From assembly GCF_019464535.1 (NCBI RefSeq), contig NZ_CP080507.1, positions 1,590,001-1,622,000 on the forward strand: DNA of 32,000 bases. Reading direction: 5' to 3'. The notes under the pieces are model-generated. The model ran no database searches. It saw only the letters and a program-made list of their open reading frames with translations, and was not told the origin of the DNA. The number at the start of each line of letters is the position of its first letter. Positions within the stretch are counted from its first letter, which is position 1. The DNA comes from Horticoccus luteus (GTDB lineage Bacteria > Verrucomicrobiota > Verrucomicrobiia > Opitutales > Opitutaceae). The translations under genes were made by a program, and so were the position numbers. Positions 17,055 through 25,628 of this stretch are shown in pieces.

Positions 17055-17903
17055 ATGCATTCGGTCCTCGAAATCATCAAAAAGACCACCGACTTTTTTG
17101 CGGCCAAAGGCGTCGAAGGGGCGCGACTGAATGCAGAGCTGCTCGTCGGCCATGTGCTGGGGCTGGGGCGGATGCAGCTTTACCTGCAATTTGAGCGACT
17201 ATTGAGCGAAGGAGAACTCGACCGCCTGCGCCCGCTGGTGCGGCGGCGGGCGCTGCGTGAGCCGTTGCAATACATCATCGGTGAAACGGAGTTCGCGGGC
17301 CTGAAGTTGAAGGTCGACCGGCGTGCGTTGATCCCTCGGCCGGAAACGGAGCGACTGGTCGAAATTTTGAGTGAACGTTTCGCCGACACGCCACCGCCGC
17401 GTGTGCTTGATCTGGGCACGGGCACGGGCGCGCTGGCACTGGCTTTGGCCAAAACTTGGCCCGCCGCGACCGTCACGGCGAGCGATGCGAGCGAAGCAGC
17501 GCTCGCCCTGGCCAGCGAAAACGCGGCGGCCTGCGGTCTCGCGGAGCGGGTGACTTTCGTGGTTTCCGATTGGTATCGCGATTTACCGGCGGGCTCGGAG
17601 TTCGATCTGATTGTTGCGAATCCGCCCTATCTGACTGCGGCCGAAGTCGCGGAAGCGGCACCGGAGGTGCGCGACTACGAGCCGATGCAGGCGCTGACCA
17701 GTGCAGATGCCGGAATGGCGGACCTGCGCGCCATCATCAATGGGGCACGTCCGCGACTGAGGCGAGGCGGGTGGATCGCGCTGGAAACGGGTATTGCGCA
17801 GCACGCCAGCTTGGTCTCGGAGCTGCGCGCGGCAGGATTCGAGCAGGTCGAATCCCGTGCGGATCTAACCGGGCGCGACCGCTTCCTTTTAGCTCTTGGT
17901 TGA
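17055..17903 (+). CDS. prmC: Release factor glutamine N5-methyltransferase (HemK/PrmC)
   Basis: SAM-binding motif VLDLGTGTGALALALA, catalytic NPPY (IVANPPYL), PLQYIIGETEF motif, and the conserved prfA-prmC arrangement. GGAGGAA lies 6 nt upstream of the ATG. Confidence 0.92.
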   Translation: MHSVLEIIKKTTDFFAAKGVEGARLNAELLVGHVLGLGRMQLYLQFERLLSEGELDRLRPLVRRRALREPLQYIIGETEFAGLKLKVDRRALIPRPETERLVEILSERFADTPPPRVLDLGTGTGALALALAKTWPAATVTASDASEAALALASENAAACGLAERVTFVVSDWYRDLPAGSEFDLIVANPPYLTAAEVAEAAPEVRDYEPMQALTSADAGMADLRAIINGARPRLRRGGWIALETGIAQHASLVSELRAAGFEQVESRADLTGRDRFLLALG

Positions 17904-20108
17904 GGTCTGCGCCGTGAGCGGCGCGTGGTCGTCGACCCAAAGCTGGCGGTTCGGACTCAAGGCGAGAGCGTCTTCCAAAACCCGCAGACTTTCGCGGAGC
18001 GGGATGTCGGCTTTGCCGTAGCTTTCGTTGTCGTCGTCGTCGTCCGCGGCGTCGAGATCCCCGTCGGCGACAGTCTCGTCGTCGGCCTTTTTGGGTGCTT
18101 TGATCTTGGGCGGCGGCGGAGGCCCGAGACGATATTCCTTAAACGGGAAATCGTTTTTCGCGAGTTTGTCGCGCTCGGCTTTCATTTGCTTTTGGAAGTC
18201 ATCGTCGGACTTCTTCTGCGCCTGGCGGGTGTCGAGGTTGAGAGAGATCCGCTTCTGCTCCTGACGCATCTTGAACCAATCCACGTAGCGCCGGAGATAA
18301 GCGAACTCTTCGAGGGAGTTTTGGCGTTGCTGACTGGCTTCGCGCAGCGGCGTGAGGATTTTCGCATCAAGGGGCTTGCCGTCAAAAAGCGACGAGGGGA
18401 TTTCGTCCCACGCGAGGGCGTGCGGCAGATCTTTTTCGCCGATGGGAAGAAAGTCCTCCACGCTAGGAAGGACGATGTCCGGAATGACCCCCTTGAGTTG
18501 GGTCGACGAACCGTTGGGCAGATAATATTTCTGCACGGTGATTTTCGTGGCGCCGGTTTTATCCGGCGAGCGGGCGAGGCGGGGCACGAGGTTGCGCATT
18601 TCGAGCACAGTTTGCACGCTGCCTTTGCCGTGGGTCGAACTGTCGCCGACGACGATGGCGCGACCGTAATTTTGCAGGGCGCCGGTGACAATTTCAGAGG
18701 CGGAAGCGCTAAAGCGATCGGTCAGCACGGCGAGGGGACCGTCGTAAGCGGTGGTGTTGGACTCGTCTTCATCGACCTGGATTTCGCCCACTTGATTCTT
18801 CACCTGCACGACCGGGCCATGCGGCACGAAGAGTCCGGTGACGGCGATCGCTTCGGTGAGAAAACCGCCGCCGTTGCGCCGCAAATCAAGGACGAGACCT
18901 TCGACGCCCGCTTTTTTGAGCTGGCCGATCAACTGGGCGACGTCTTTCGAAGCGCTGCTTTTTTCGGCTTCAGGTTCGTCGGTTTCCGCTGGGCCGTAGA
19001 ACGAAGGCAGGGTGATCACGCCGAGCGGAATGGTTTTGCCATCCTTGCCGGGCACTTGGAAAACCGCGGCGTGCGCGCGGGCGGAATTTAGTTTCACGAC
19101 ATCGCGGACGATCTTGATTTCCTTGCGCGCGGAGGGATCGGTGGCGGCGCCGGGCTGCACGAGCAGATCAACGCGCGAGCCTTTCGCGCCGCGGATCATG
19201 TCCACGATTTTGCGCAGTTTCATGCCGATGACTTCGACGGGTTCGCCGCCGTTTTGGGCGACGGAGATAATCTTGTCGTTGGGTTTGAGTTGCTTGCCGA
19301 GATCGGCCGGGCCGCCCGGAATGATTTCCTTCACGACGCAGTTATCTTCTTCCACGCCGAGGAGTGCGCCGATGCCTACGAGTTGGAGCTTCATCTGAAT
19401 GCCAAAGTCTTCGTAAGTGTCGGCGGACCAGTAGGTGGAGTGTGGGTCGTAGAGTTGGGCGATGCTTGAGAGGTATATCTCGGCGAGGTCGCCGCCTTCG
19501 AGTTCGCCGACATTTTTCAACATGCGCTCGTAGCGTTTATGCACCGTTTTCTTGGCTTCAGCGGGCGTCTTCTTGTTGAGGAGTTCGGCGAGGATTTCGA
19601 ACTTGAGGCGCTCCTTCCACAGTTCATCGGCGGCCGCCGCGTCGGCCGGCCAGGGGGCCTTGCTGCGATCGACGAGGTAGGTGGCGTGGTCATTGAGGTC
19701 GATGTCTTTGTCGAGCTGCTGGAAGATCCAATTCACGCGGTCGTTGACGCGTTGTTCGTAGACGGAAAAAATTTCGTAAGCGGGATCGATGTTACCCAAA
19801 GCACGGACGTTCCAATAGAGGCTCGAGGCATAGCGCTTTTCGAAAAGCGCGCGATCGGTGCCCAGGAAAAACAGCCGTTGGCCATCGATCTGGCTCATGT
19901 AATCCGGCACGACTTCCACGTAGTCGGAGGCGTGGACGGCATCGCGGTTGTAATGGGCTTCTTCCAGCAGCTTCACGAGCGTCTGGGCCTCGATGGCGAG
20001 GGTCGGTGAAGTTTTGAATTGGCGGTCGGCGGAAAATCCCGCCGCAGTCGCAGCGAGAAACAGGACCGCGGCGATACCGCGAGTGCGCGAGAAGAGAGCT
20101 AAACGCAT
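17889..20108 (-). CDS. prc: Tail-specific (carboxy-terminal processing) protease, S41 family, Prc-like (739 aa)
   Basis: Signal peptide, a Prc-type N-terminal domain (LVKLLEEAHYNRD...YMSQIDGQRLFFLGTD) and a PDZ region (VVKEIIPGGPADLGKQLKPNDKIISV). The S41 core has LVLDLRRNGGG, SASASEI and HGKGSVQ. The long charged C-terminal domain ends in an Asp-rich stretch. Confidence 0.9.
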   Translation of the reverse strand: MRLALFSRTRGIAAVLFLAATAAGFSADRQFKTSPTLAIEAQTLVKLLEEAHYNRDAVHASDYVEVVPDYMSQIDGQRLFFLGTDRALFEKRYASSLYWNVRALGNIDPAYEIFSVYEQRVNDRVNWIFQQLDKDIDLNDHATYLVDRSKAPWPADAAAADELWKERLKFEILAELLNKKTPAEAKKTVHKRYERMLKNVGELEGGDLAEIYLSSIAQLYDPHSTYWSADTYEDFGIQMKLQLVGIGALLGVEEDNCVVKEIIPGGPADLGKQLKPNDKIISVAQNGGEPVEVIGMKLRKIVDMIRGAKGSRVDLLVQPGAATDPSARKEIKIVRDVVKLNSARAHAAVFQVPGKDGKTIPLGVITLPSFYGPAETDEPEAEKSSASKDVAQLIGQLKKAGVEGLVLDLRRNGGGFLTEAIAVTGLFVPHGPVVQVKNQVGEIQVDEDESNTTAYDGPLAVLTDRFSASASEIVTGALQNYGRAIVVGDSSTHGKGSVQTVLEMRNLVPRLARSPDKTGATKITVQKYYLPNGSSTQLKGVIPDIVLPSVEDFLPIGEKDLPHALAWDEIPSSLFDGKPLDAKILTPLREASQQRQNSLEEFAYLRRYVDWFKMRQEQKRISLNLDTRQAQKKSDDDFQKQMKAERDKLAKNDFPFKEYRLGPPPPPKIKAPKKADDETVADGDLDAADDDDDNESYGKADIPLRESLRVLEDALALSPNRQLWVDDHAPLTAQTSTKS

Positions 20109-20225
20109 GGGGATTGGAGAGGAGAGCCGGGCAAATGTTTCACCAAGGGAAAAGGTTTCGAGCGCACGAATGAGCTCAAATGGCGAACGTCAGGTCCGCG
20201 CCGCGTTCGGAGAGGCACGCGTGGC

Positions 20226-21119
20226 TTAACGGCGGCTGAGGAGGTCTTTAGCCTCGTCGAGCAGGCGTTTTTCTTCCGGCGTGAGCGCGCCGAATCCCTG
20301 GCTGTTTATCTTGTCGAGGATGCGATCCACCTCAGCCCGCAGATCGTCGCGACTGCTCACGTTGACATGATAGACGGGCGCTGGATTGGCGGCGGTTTTG
20401 TCACGCCGGCGCGCCCAGCGCGGCAATTCGACATCGACCTGCCGACGACGAAACCAACGCCATTCGGTGCCATGGAAAAACCGGTGGTAAAGCCAACCAG
20501 CCGCGAGCCCTCCGAGGTGAGCCGAATGTGCAATCGCCACGGGCGAGGCGGCGCCCATCAATTCGTAGAAGACGAAGCCGAAGGCTTCGAAGGCCGCGAC
20601 GCAGATAACCAGGTGTTTCGGCTTGATGGTGACCGGGAACACGAAAAACAGCAGAAACGTGATGGGCTGATTCGGGTAAAGGCAGGCGAAAAGGGCGAGC
20701 AGGCCCATGACCCCGGCCGAGGCACCGATCAACGGCGCGTAGCCGTTCCAGTTCGTCGCCAGCCAAACAATGCCACCCAGCAGCACGGAGCCGAAATAGA
20801 CTCCCAGAAAACGGCGCGCACCCAATTGCGGAAGAAGCACGCGGCCCAAGAAGAAAAGACCGACGGCGTTACCCAACAGATGCAGCAAGTTATTGGAGTC
20901 GTGAACGAAACTGTAAGTGAGAAGCGTCCACACCCATCCGTGACGAATACCATGGGCGCTTAGCGCGAAAAATTCCGAGAGAGGGTCGCCGATCCCAAGC
21001 AGGCGGATGCAAACGAGTTGGAGGACGAAGACCGCCGCCAGCGCGCTCAACAACCAAACCAACACCGAGGTCCGCTCGCGCGGGTACGAGTCTCGCATGT
21101 AAGACCGATCTGAAAGCAT
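20226..21119 (-). CDS. Rhomboid-family intramembrane serine protease (297 aa from ATG 21119)
   Basis: Multiple TM helices, catalytic Ser in GASAGVMGL and catalytic His in AHSAHLGGLAAGW, with a soluble C-terminal tail. The ORF track starts at TTG 21155; the ATG 12 codons downstream is preferred but not proven. Confidence 0.88.
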   Translation of the reverse strand: MLSDRSYMRDSYPRERTSVLVWLLSALAAVFVLQLVCIRLLGIGDPLSEFFALSAHGIRHGWVWTLLTYSFVHDSNNLLHLLGNAVGLFFLGRVLLPQLGARRFLGVYFGSVLLGGIVWLATNWNGYAPLIGASAGVMGLLALFACLYPNQPITFLLFFVFPVTIKPKHLVICVAAFEAFGFVFYELMGAASPVAIAHSAHLGGLAAGWLYHRFFHGTEWRWFRRRQVDVELPRWARRRDKTAANPAPVYHVNVSSRDDLRAEVDRILDKINSQGFGALTPEEKRLLDEAKDLLSRR

Positions 21120-21304
21120 TGCGCGGAACGTTAGGCGCGCTTTTTTCAAACACAAGTCCGCGGGGCGCTCCGTCGCTGAATCGGACGAAGATATCGACTC
21201 GTGATCGCTCCAAGGAGGGACTTTGGGGCTGGGTGGCGCCGTTTCGCGGGAGCGCAGAGCCGTCGCTTGACAGCGGGGGCGATTACTCTTTGTTCGCGGC
21301 CTTT

Positions 21305-21544
21305 ATGGCCAATAAAGCAGACAAGTGGCCCCAGAACACAGTGGGCAAATTTTATGTCGATCAGCAATGCATCGACTGCGATCTCTGCCGTGAGACCGCG
21401 CCCGCATTCTTCACGCGACACGACGAAGGCGGCTACTCGTATGTGTTCAAGCAGCCGACCTCTGAAGACGAAATCGGCCTTTGCATGGAAGCATTGGAAG
21501 GTTGCCCGGTGGAAGCCATCGGCAACGACGGCGACGAAGCCTAA
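21305..21544 (+). CDS. Small single-cluster [4Fe-4S]/[3Fe-4S]-type ferredoxin (79 aa)
   Basis: The in-frame ATG at 21305 gives MANKADKWPQNTVGKFYVDQQCIDCDLCRETAP...LEGCPVEAI, with a CxxCxxC...CP cysteine pattern. The upstream 62 codons of the ORF-track ORF have no protein-like character. Confidence 0.8.
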   Translation: MANKADKWPQNTVGKFYVDQQCIDCDLCRETAPAFFTRHDEGGYSYVFKQPTSEDEIGLCMEALEGCPVEAIGNDGDEA

Positions 21545-21633
21545 AATAGAGAAGGCAGGGCGCCGGCCCGTGGTGCCTATGCCGGGATGTTAGCTTGAAA
21601 GCGCGGGCTGGCTCACTTCCGCTCGCGCGCTGA

Positions 21634-23475
21634 ATGAAAAAACATTTCTCACGCGCGGGGCTTCTTGCGCTACTCGTGGCCGCTGCCCAGGCGCAAAGCG
21701 ACACGGAGATATTGCCCGTCGAGACGGTCTATTCGCCACGCGTGGCCAATCAGCAACCCGCGGCATCGTTCGCGATGCCGATTTCCGCACTGCGTTATGA
21801 GCCCGGCGTCGATGTGCAGGCGCGGAATCTCGCGGAAGGGCAGGCGGATGTGACGATCCGCGGCGGCATTTTTGAAAACACCGGGTTCAGTGTCGGTGCG
21901 CTGACGCTCGTGGATCCGCAGACCGGGCACTATTTTGCAGAGATTCCGATCGCTCCTCAAATGCTGGGAGCGCCGGCGATTTTAACCGGCGTCGCGCATG
22001 CGCTCGGTTCGACCAACTCCACCGTAGGCGCCGTGGACTACGCCTGGCGGCCCATCCGCACAACAGGGAGCATTTCGGCGGCGGCGGGCGATTACGGATT
22101 TAACCGGCAGGAGATTTATCAAGGGTATGCGCTCGCGCCCGATGCGTCGGGACGGCGGCTGGCGGCGGATGTGAATTGGGCGCGGTCAGAAGGCGATGGC
22201 ACGATTCCGTTTGGGGACCATTCGTTTCAGCGGGTCAACGCCCGCTTGCAGTTCGGCACACCGCACAGCCAGACGGATGTGTTCGCCGGTTATCAGGCGA
22301 AGTTTTTCGGGTGGCCGAATCTCTACACGCCCTACAACTCAAAGGAGTCGGAGAACTTGGAGACGACCTTGTTTGTCGTGAACCACCGGGAAGAGTGGGG
22401 CGGCGGCGATTTTCTGGAGGTCGGTGCTTATCACCGGCGCAACAAGGATGATTACGCTTACGACCGGTTTGCCCCGCTCGGGCCCGTGCATCCGTATCAA
22501 CACACCACGTGGGTCAACGGCGCCGCGGCCACAGCGCGCAAAGATCTCGGGGCGGTGACGTTGAATGCGCGGGCGGAGGTGCTGGCGGATGAATTGCGTT
22601 CCACCTCGCTTACGGCCGGGCGGTATCACACACGGACGCTGAGTAAACTCGCGCTAGTGCCGGAAAAATCGTGGCCCGCGGCTGACGGCGTGATCTGGAC
22701 GGTGAAAGCAGGTGCGACGCTCGATGATTCGAACCGAGGCGGGTCGGCGGTTTCGCCGCTCTTCGAAATTGCCCGCGAGCAGGCGGACACCGCGTGGCGC
22801 CGCGTCTATTTCAGTTACGCGAAGAGCACGCAGGTGCCGACCTATACCGCGCTCAACGCCAGTGCTTCGGCGGGATTATTTCGCGGCAATCCGAATCTGG
22901 GCCGCGAATCGAGCCAGAGCGTGGAACTGGGTGCGCAGGGCGAAGTCGCCGGTTGGGCCACGCGCGCCGCGGTGTTTTTTCGGCGGGACGACGCGTTGGT
23001 CGACTGGACGTTCCAGCGCGGAGTGACGGCGCGCACCGCCAATCCGGTTGATCTGGATACGACGGGCTTCGAGACGGAGGCGCGGCGCGCGTGGAGCCGT
23101 TGGGGCGACCTCGTCCTCGGCTACACGTATTTGACGAAGACACCGGATTATCGCGGCGCGGCGGTCGACGCCAGTTTCTACGCGCTGAATTACGCGCGGC
23201 ACCGGTTCACGGCCGCGGTGACGGCGCGGCTCGGCGGTGGCTTTGAGGTGCGGATGGACAACGTGGCACGGCGGGAGGCGGGAAACTTCCTGCGCACGAA
23301 AGGCGGCGAGAGTGCGGTGATCAGTTCGCTGACGCTCGCGTGGCGGCCGCCGGCGGCGCGCGGCTTGGAGCTCTCGGCCGGTGCCGATAACTTGTGGAAC
23401 TCTTCGTTTCAAGAGGTGCCGTCGGTGCCGGCGGCGCGCCGGCAGTTGTTCTTTGGGGTGAGCGGATCGTGGTGA
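21634..23475 (+). CDS. TonB-dependent outer-membrane receptor (613 aa)
   Basis: Signal peptide MKKHFSRAGLLALLVAAAQA, TonB-box-like LPVETVYSP and plug motifs (GVDVQARN..., ADVTIRGG). The long beta-barrel region ends in an aromatic residue (...FFGVSGSW). The substrate cannot be inferred. Confidence 0.88.
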   Translation: MKKHFSRAGLLALLVAAAQAQSDTEILPVETVYSPRVANQQPAASFAMPISALRYEPGVDVQARNLAEGQADVTIRGGIFENTGFSVGALTLVDPQTGHYFAEIPIAPQMLGAPAILTGVAHALGSTNSTVGAVDYAWRPIRTTGSISAAAGDYGFNRQEIYQGYALAPDASGRRLAADVNWARSEGDGTIPFGDHSFQRVNARLQFGTPHSQTDVFAGYQAKFFGWPNLYTPYNSKESENLETTLFVVNHREEWGGGDFLEVGAYHRRNKDDYAYDRFAPLGPVHPYQHTTWVNGAAATARKDLGAVTLNARAEVLADELRSTSLTAGRYHTRTLSKLALVPEKSWPAADGVIWTVKAGATLDDSNRGGSAVSPLFEIAREQADTAWRRVYFSYAKSTQVPTYTALNASASAGLFRGNPNLGRESSQSVELGAQGEVAGWATRAAVFFRRDDALVDWTFQRGVTARTANPVDLDTTGFETEARRAWSRWGDLVLGYTYLTKTPDYRGAAVDASFYALNYARHRFTAAVTARLGGGFEVRMDNVARREAGNFLRTKGGESAVISSLTLAWRPPAARGLELSAGADNLWNSSFQEVPSVPAARRQLFFGVSGSW

Positions 23476-23526
23476 CAGTTGCGATTTGACAACGTGCGTC
23501 GGTCGCGGGTCTTTGGCCGACGCTTC

Positions 23527-25599
23527 ATGGACTCCAATCCCTTTCTCGATCCGTCATTTGCCATTCGCTGGTCGCAGCTCACGCCGGAGCAGATCGAACC
23601 GGCGATCGACCTCGCACTGACGCGGGCGCAAGCGGCGATCGATACGATCGCCCGCCGTGATCCGGCCTCGCTCTCTTACGAGAACACATTTCTCGCGCTG
23701 GAGGAGGCGACGGAGGAGCTGAATCTCGCATGGACGAAAGTGACGCACCTGCAATCCGTCGCGGATTCGCCGGCGCTGCGCGAGGCGCACAACACGTTGC
23801 TGCCGCGCGTCTCGACTTTTTACGCGCGGATTCCGCTCAATGCGGAGTTGTGGTCGAGGCTCAAGGCATTCGCCGAGACGCCCGCAGGCCAGGGTTTGCG
23901 AGGGGTGCAGCGGCGGTTTGTCGACGAGACCGTCGCGGAGTTTCGCCAAGCGGGAGCGGATCTGCCGGCGGAGAAGAAGACGCGTTTGGAAGCGCTGCAA
24001 TCCGAGCTCGCAGAGATCACGCAAAAATACGGAGACAACGTCCTCGATGCGACGAACGCGTGGCAGTTATTGGTGGAAGACGAAGGGCGTTTGCGCGGGC
24101 TGCCGGAGCAAGCGAAGGCGGCGGCGCGGCGCAGTGCAGAAGCGAAGGGCCTCGGTTCGACCGACCGGCCGGTGTGGCGATTCACGCTGCATGCGCCCTC
24201 GCAAGAGCCGTTTCTCACGTATCTGGACGACGACGCCTTGCGGCGAGAGATGTGGCTGGGCGCGATCGCGGTCGGAGCGAACGAGCCGCAGGACAACACG
24301 CCGCTCATTCGCCGGATTCTCGCGTTGCGGGCAGAGAAGGCGGCGCTGTTGGGGCGGCCGAATTTTGCCGATCTGGTGCTGGAGCGCCGCATGGCAAAAT
24401 CGGGCGGGCGGGCGCTGGATTTTATCAGCGACATGCAACGCCGGGCGGCCCCGGCGTTCACGCGGGAATGCCGTGAGCTGGAAGAGTTCAAAGCGGCGCA
24501 GACGGGCGGCGCGGTCGCGCCGCTCGCGCCCTGGGAGCTGGCCTATTGGGCGGAAAAACTTCGTCGGGTGCGTTACGCGTTCGATGAAGAAGTGCTGCGA
24601 CCGTATTTTCCGTTGGAGCGCGTGATCGCGGGACTATTCGAGGTGGCGCACCGGGTGTTTGGGCTGCGGGTTATCGAGGTGGCGAGCGGAGCTGTGGAGA
24701 CGTGGCATCCGGAGGTGAAATTTTACGAACTGGCCGATGCGGGCGGGCGGCAGCTCGGGTCGTTCTATGCCGACTGGCATCCGCGCGAATCCAAGCGCGG
24801 CGGCGCGTGGATGAATTATTTGGTCACGGGCGGCCCGAGAGCGGACGGCACGCGCGCGCCGCATCTCGGGTTGATTTGCGGCAACCTCACGCCGCCGTCG
24901 CCGGATCGTCCGGCGTTGCTGACGCATCGTGAAGTCGAGACGATCTTTCACGAGTTTGGGCACTTGTTGCACCACCTGCTGGGCGAAGTGGAAATCAAGT
25001 CGCTCAACGGTGTGAATGTGGCGTGGGACTTCGTGGAGTTGCCCTCCCAGATGATGGAAAACTGGTGCTGGGAGCGCGAGAGCCTCGATTTGTTTGCGCG
25101 GCATTTCGAGAGCGGCGCGCCGATTCCGGAGGAGATTTTCCAAAAGATGGTGGCGGCCAAAAACTTTCGCTCCGCTGTGGCCGTGATGCGGCAGGTGGCG
25201 CTGGCGAAGATGGATTTGCTGCTGCACCTGCGTCCGCAGGAATTTCTGGCGGCGGCGGATTTCGAGGCCGCGGTGCGCGCGTCGATCGCGGATTGCCTCG
25301 TGCCTACGTCACCGGCGGTCCCCACGATCGTGCGCCGGTTCAATCACATTTTCTCGGATCCGGTCGGCTATGCAGCGGGATATTATTCCTACAAATGGGC
25401 CGAGGTGCTGGACGCCGATGCGTTTACGCGGTTCAAGCGCGAGGGGATCTTTAACGCCGCGACCGGACTCGATTTCGTGGCGAAGATTCTGAGCCGGGGC
25501 AATTCCGTGGACCCGGTGGAACTGTATCGCAATTTCATGGGTCGTGACCCCGACCTCAACGCCCTGTTGCGACGAAGCGGTCTGGCGCCTGCCGCCTGA
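23527..25599 (+). CDS. M3-family zinc metallopeptidase (oligopeptidase A / dipeptidyl carboxypeptidase-like), 690 aa
   Basis: HExxH zinc motif in ETIFHEFGHLLHHLL with a downstream Glu region (WDFVELPSQMMENW). The N-terminus resembles OpdA (NPFLDPSF...LTPEQIEPAID). Start taken at ATG 23527 rather than TTG 23479. Confidence 0.9.
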   Translation: MDSNPFLDPSFAIRWSQLTPEQIEPAIDLALTRAQAAIDTIARRDPASLSYENTFLALEEATEELNLAWTKVTHLQSVADSPALREAHNTLLPRVSTFYARIPLNAELWSRLKAFAETPAGQGLRGVQRRFVDETVAEFRQAGADLPAEKKTRLEALQSELAEITQKYGDNVLDATNAWQLLVEDEGRLRGLPEQAKAAARRSAEAKGLGSTDRPVWRFTLHAPSQEPFLTYLDDDALRREMWLGAIAVGANEPQDNTPLIRRILALRAEKAALLGRPNFADLVLERRMAKSGGRALDFISDMQRRAAPAFTRECRELEEFKAAQTGGAVAPLAPWELAYWAEKLRRVRYAFDEEVLRPYFPLERVIAGLFEVAHRVFGLRVIEVASGAVETWHPEVKFYELADAGGRQLGSFYADWHPRESKRGGAWMNYLVTGGPRADGTRAPHLGLICGNLTPPSPDRPALLTHREVETIFHEFGHLLHHLLGEVEIKSLNGVNVAWDFVELPSQMMENWCWERESLDLFARHFESGAPIPEEIFQKMVAAKNFRSAVAVMRQVALAKMDLLLHLRPQEFLAAADFEAAVRASIADCLVPTSPAVPTIVRRFNHIFSDPVGYAAGYYSYKWAEVLDADAFTRFKREGIFNAATGLDFVAKILSRGNSVDPVELYRNFMGRDPDLNALLRRSGLAPAA

Positions 25600-25628
25600 C
25601 ATCGCCCGGCGGCCGCGAGGCCCCTGAC

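Noticed and set aside
18030-18044. (GTC)5 trinucleotide repeat inside prc as a possible phase-variation tract
   Set aside because: It is in-frame and encodes the poly-Asp stretch of the acidic C-terminal tail. Unit changes would keep the frame, and five units is short.
21278-21304. TTGACA hexamer upstream of the ferredoxin gene as a -35 element
   Set aside because: No acceptable -10 hexamer lies at 16-18 nt spacing (TTGTTC at best), so it is not reported as a feature.
21545-21633. Riboswitch (for example cobalamin) or Fur box upstream of the TonB-dependent receptor
   Set aside because: The leader is only 89 nt, GC-rich, lacks a B12-box-like motif, and has no AT-rich Fur-type palindrome.
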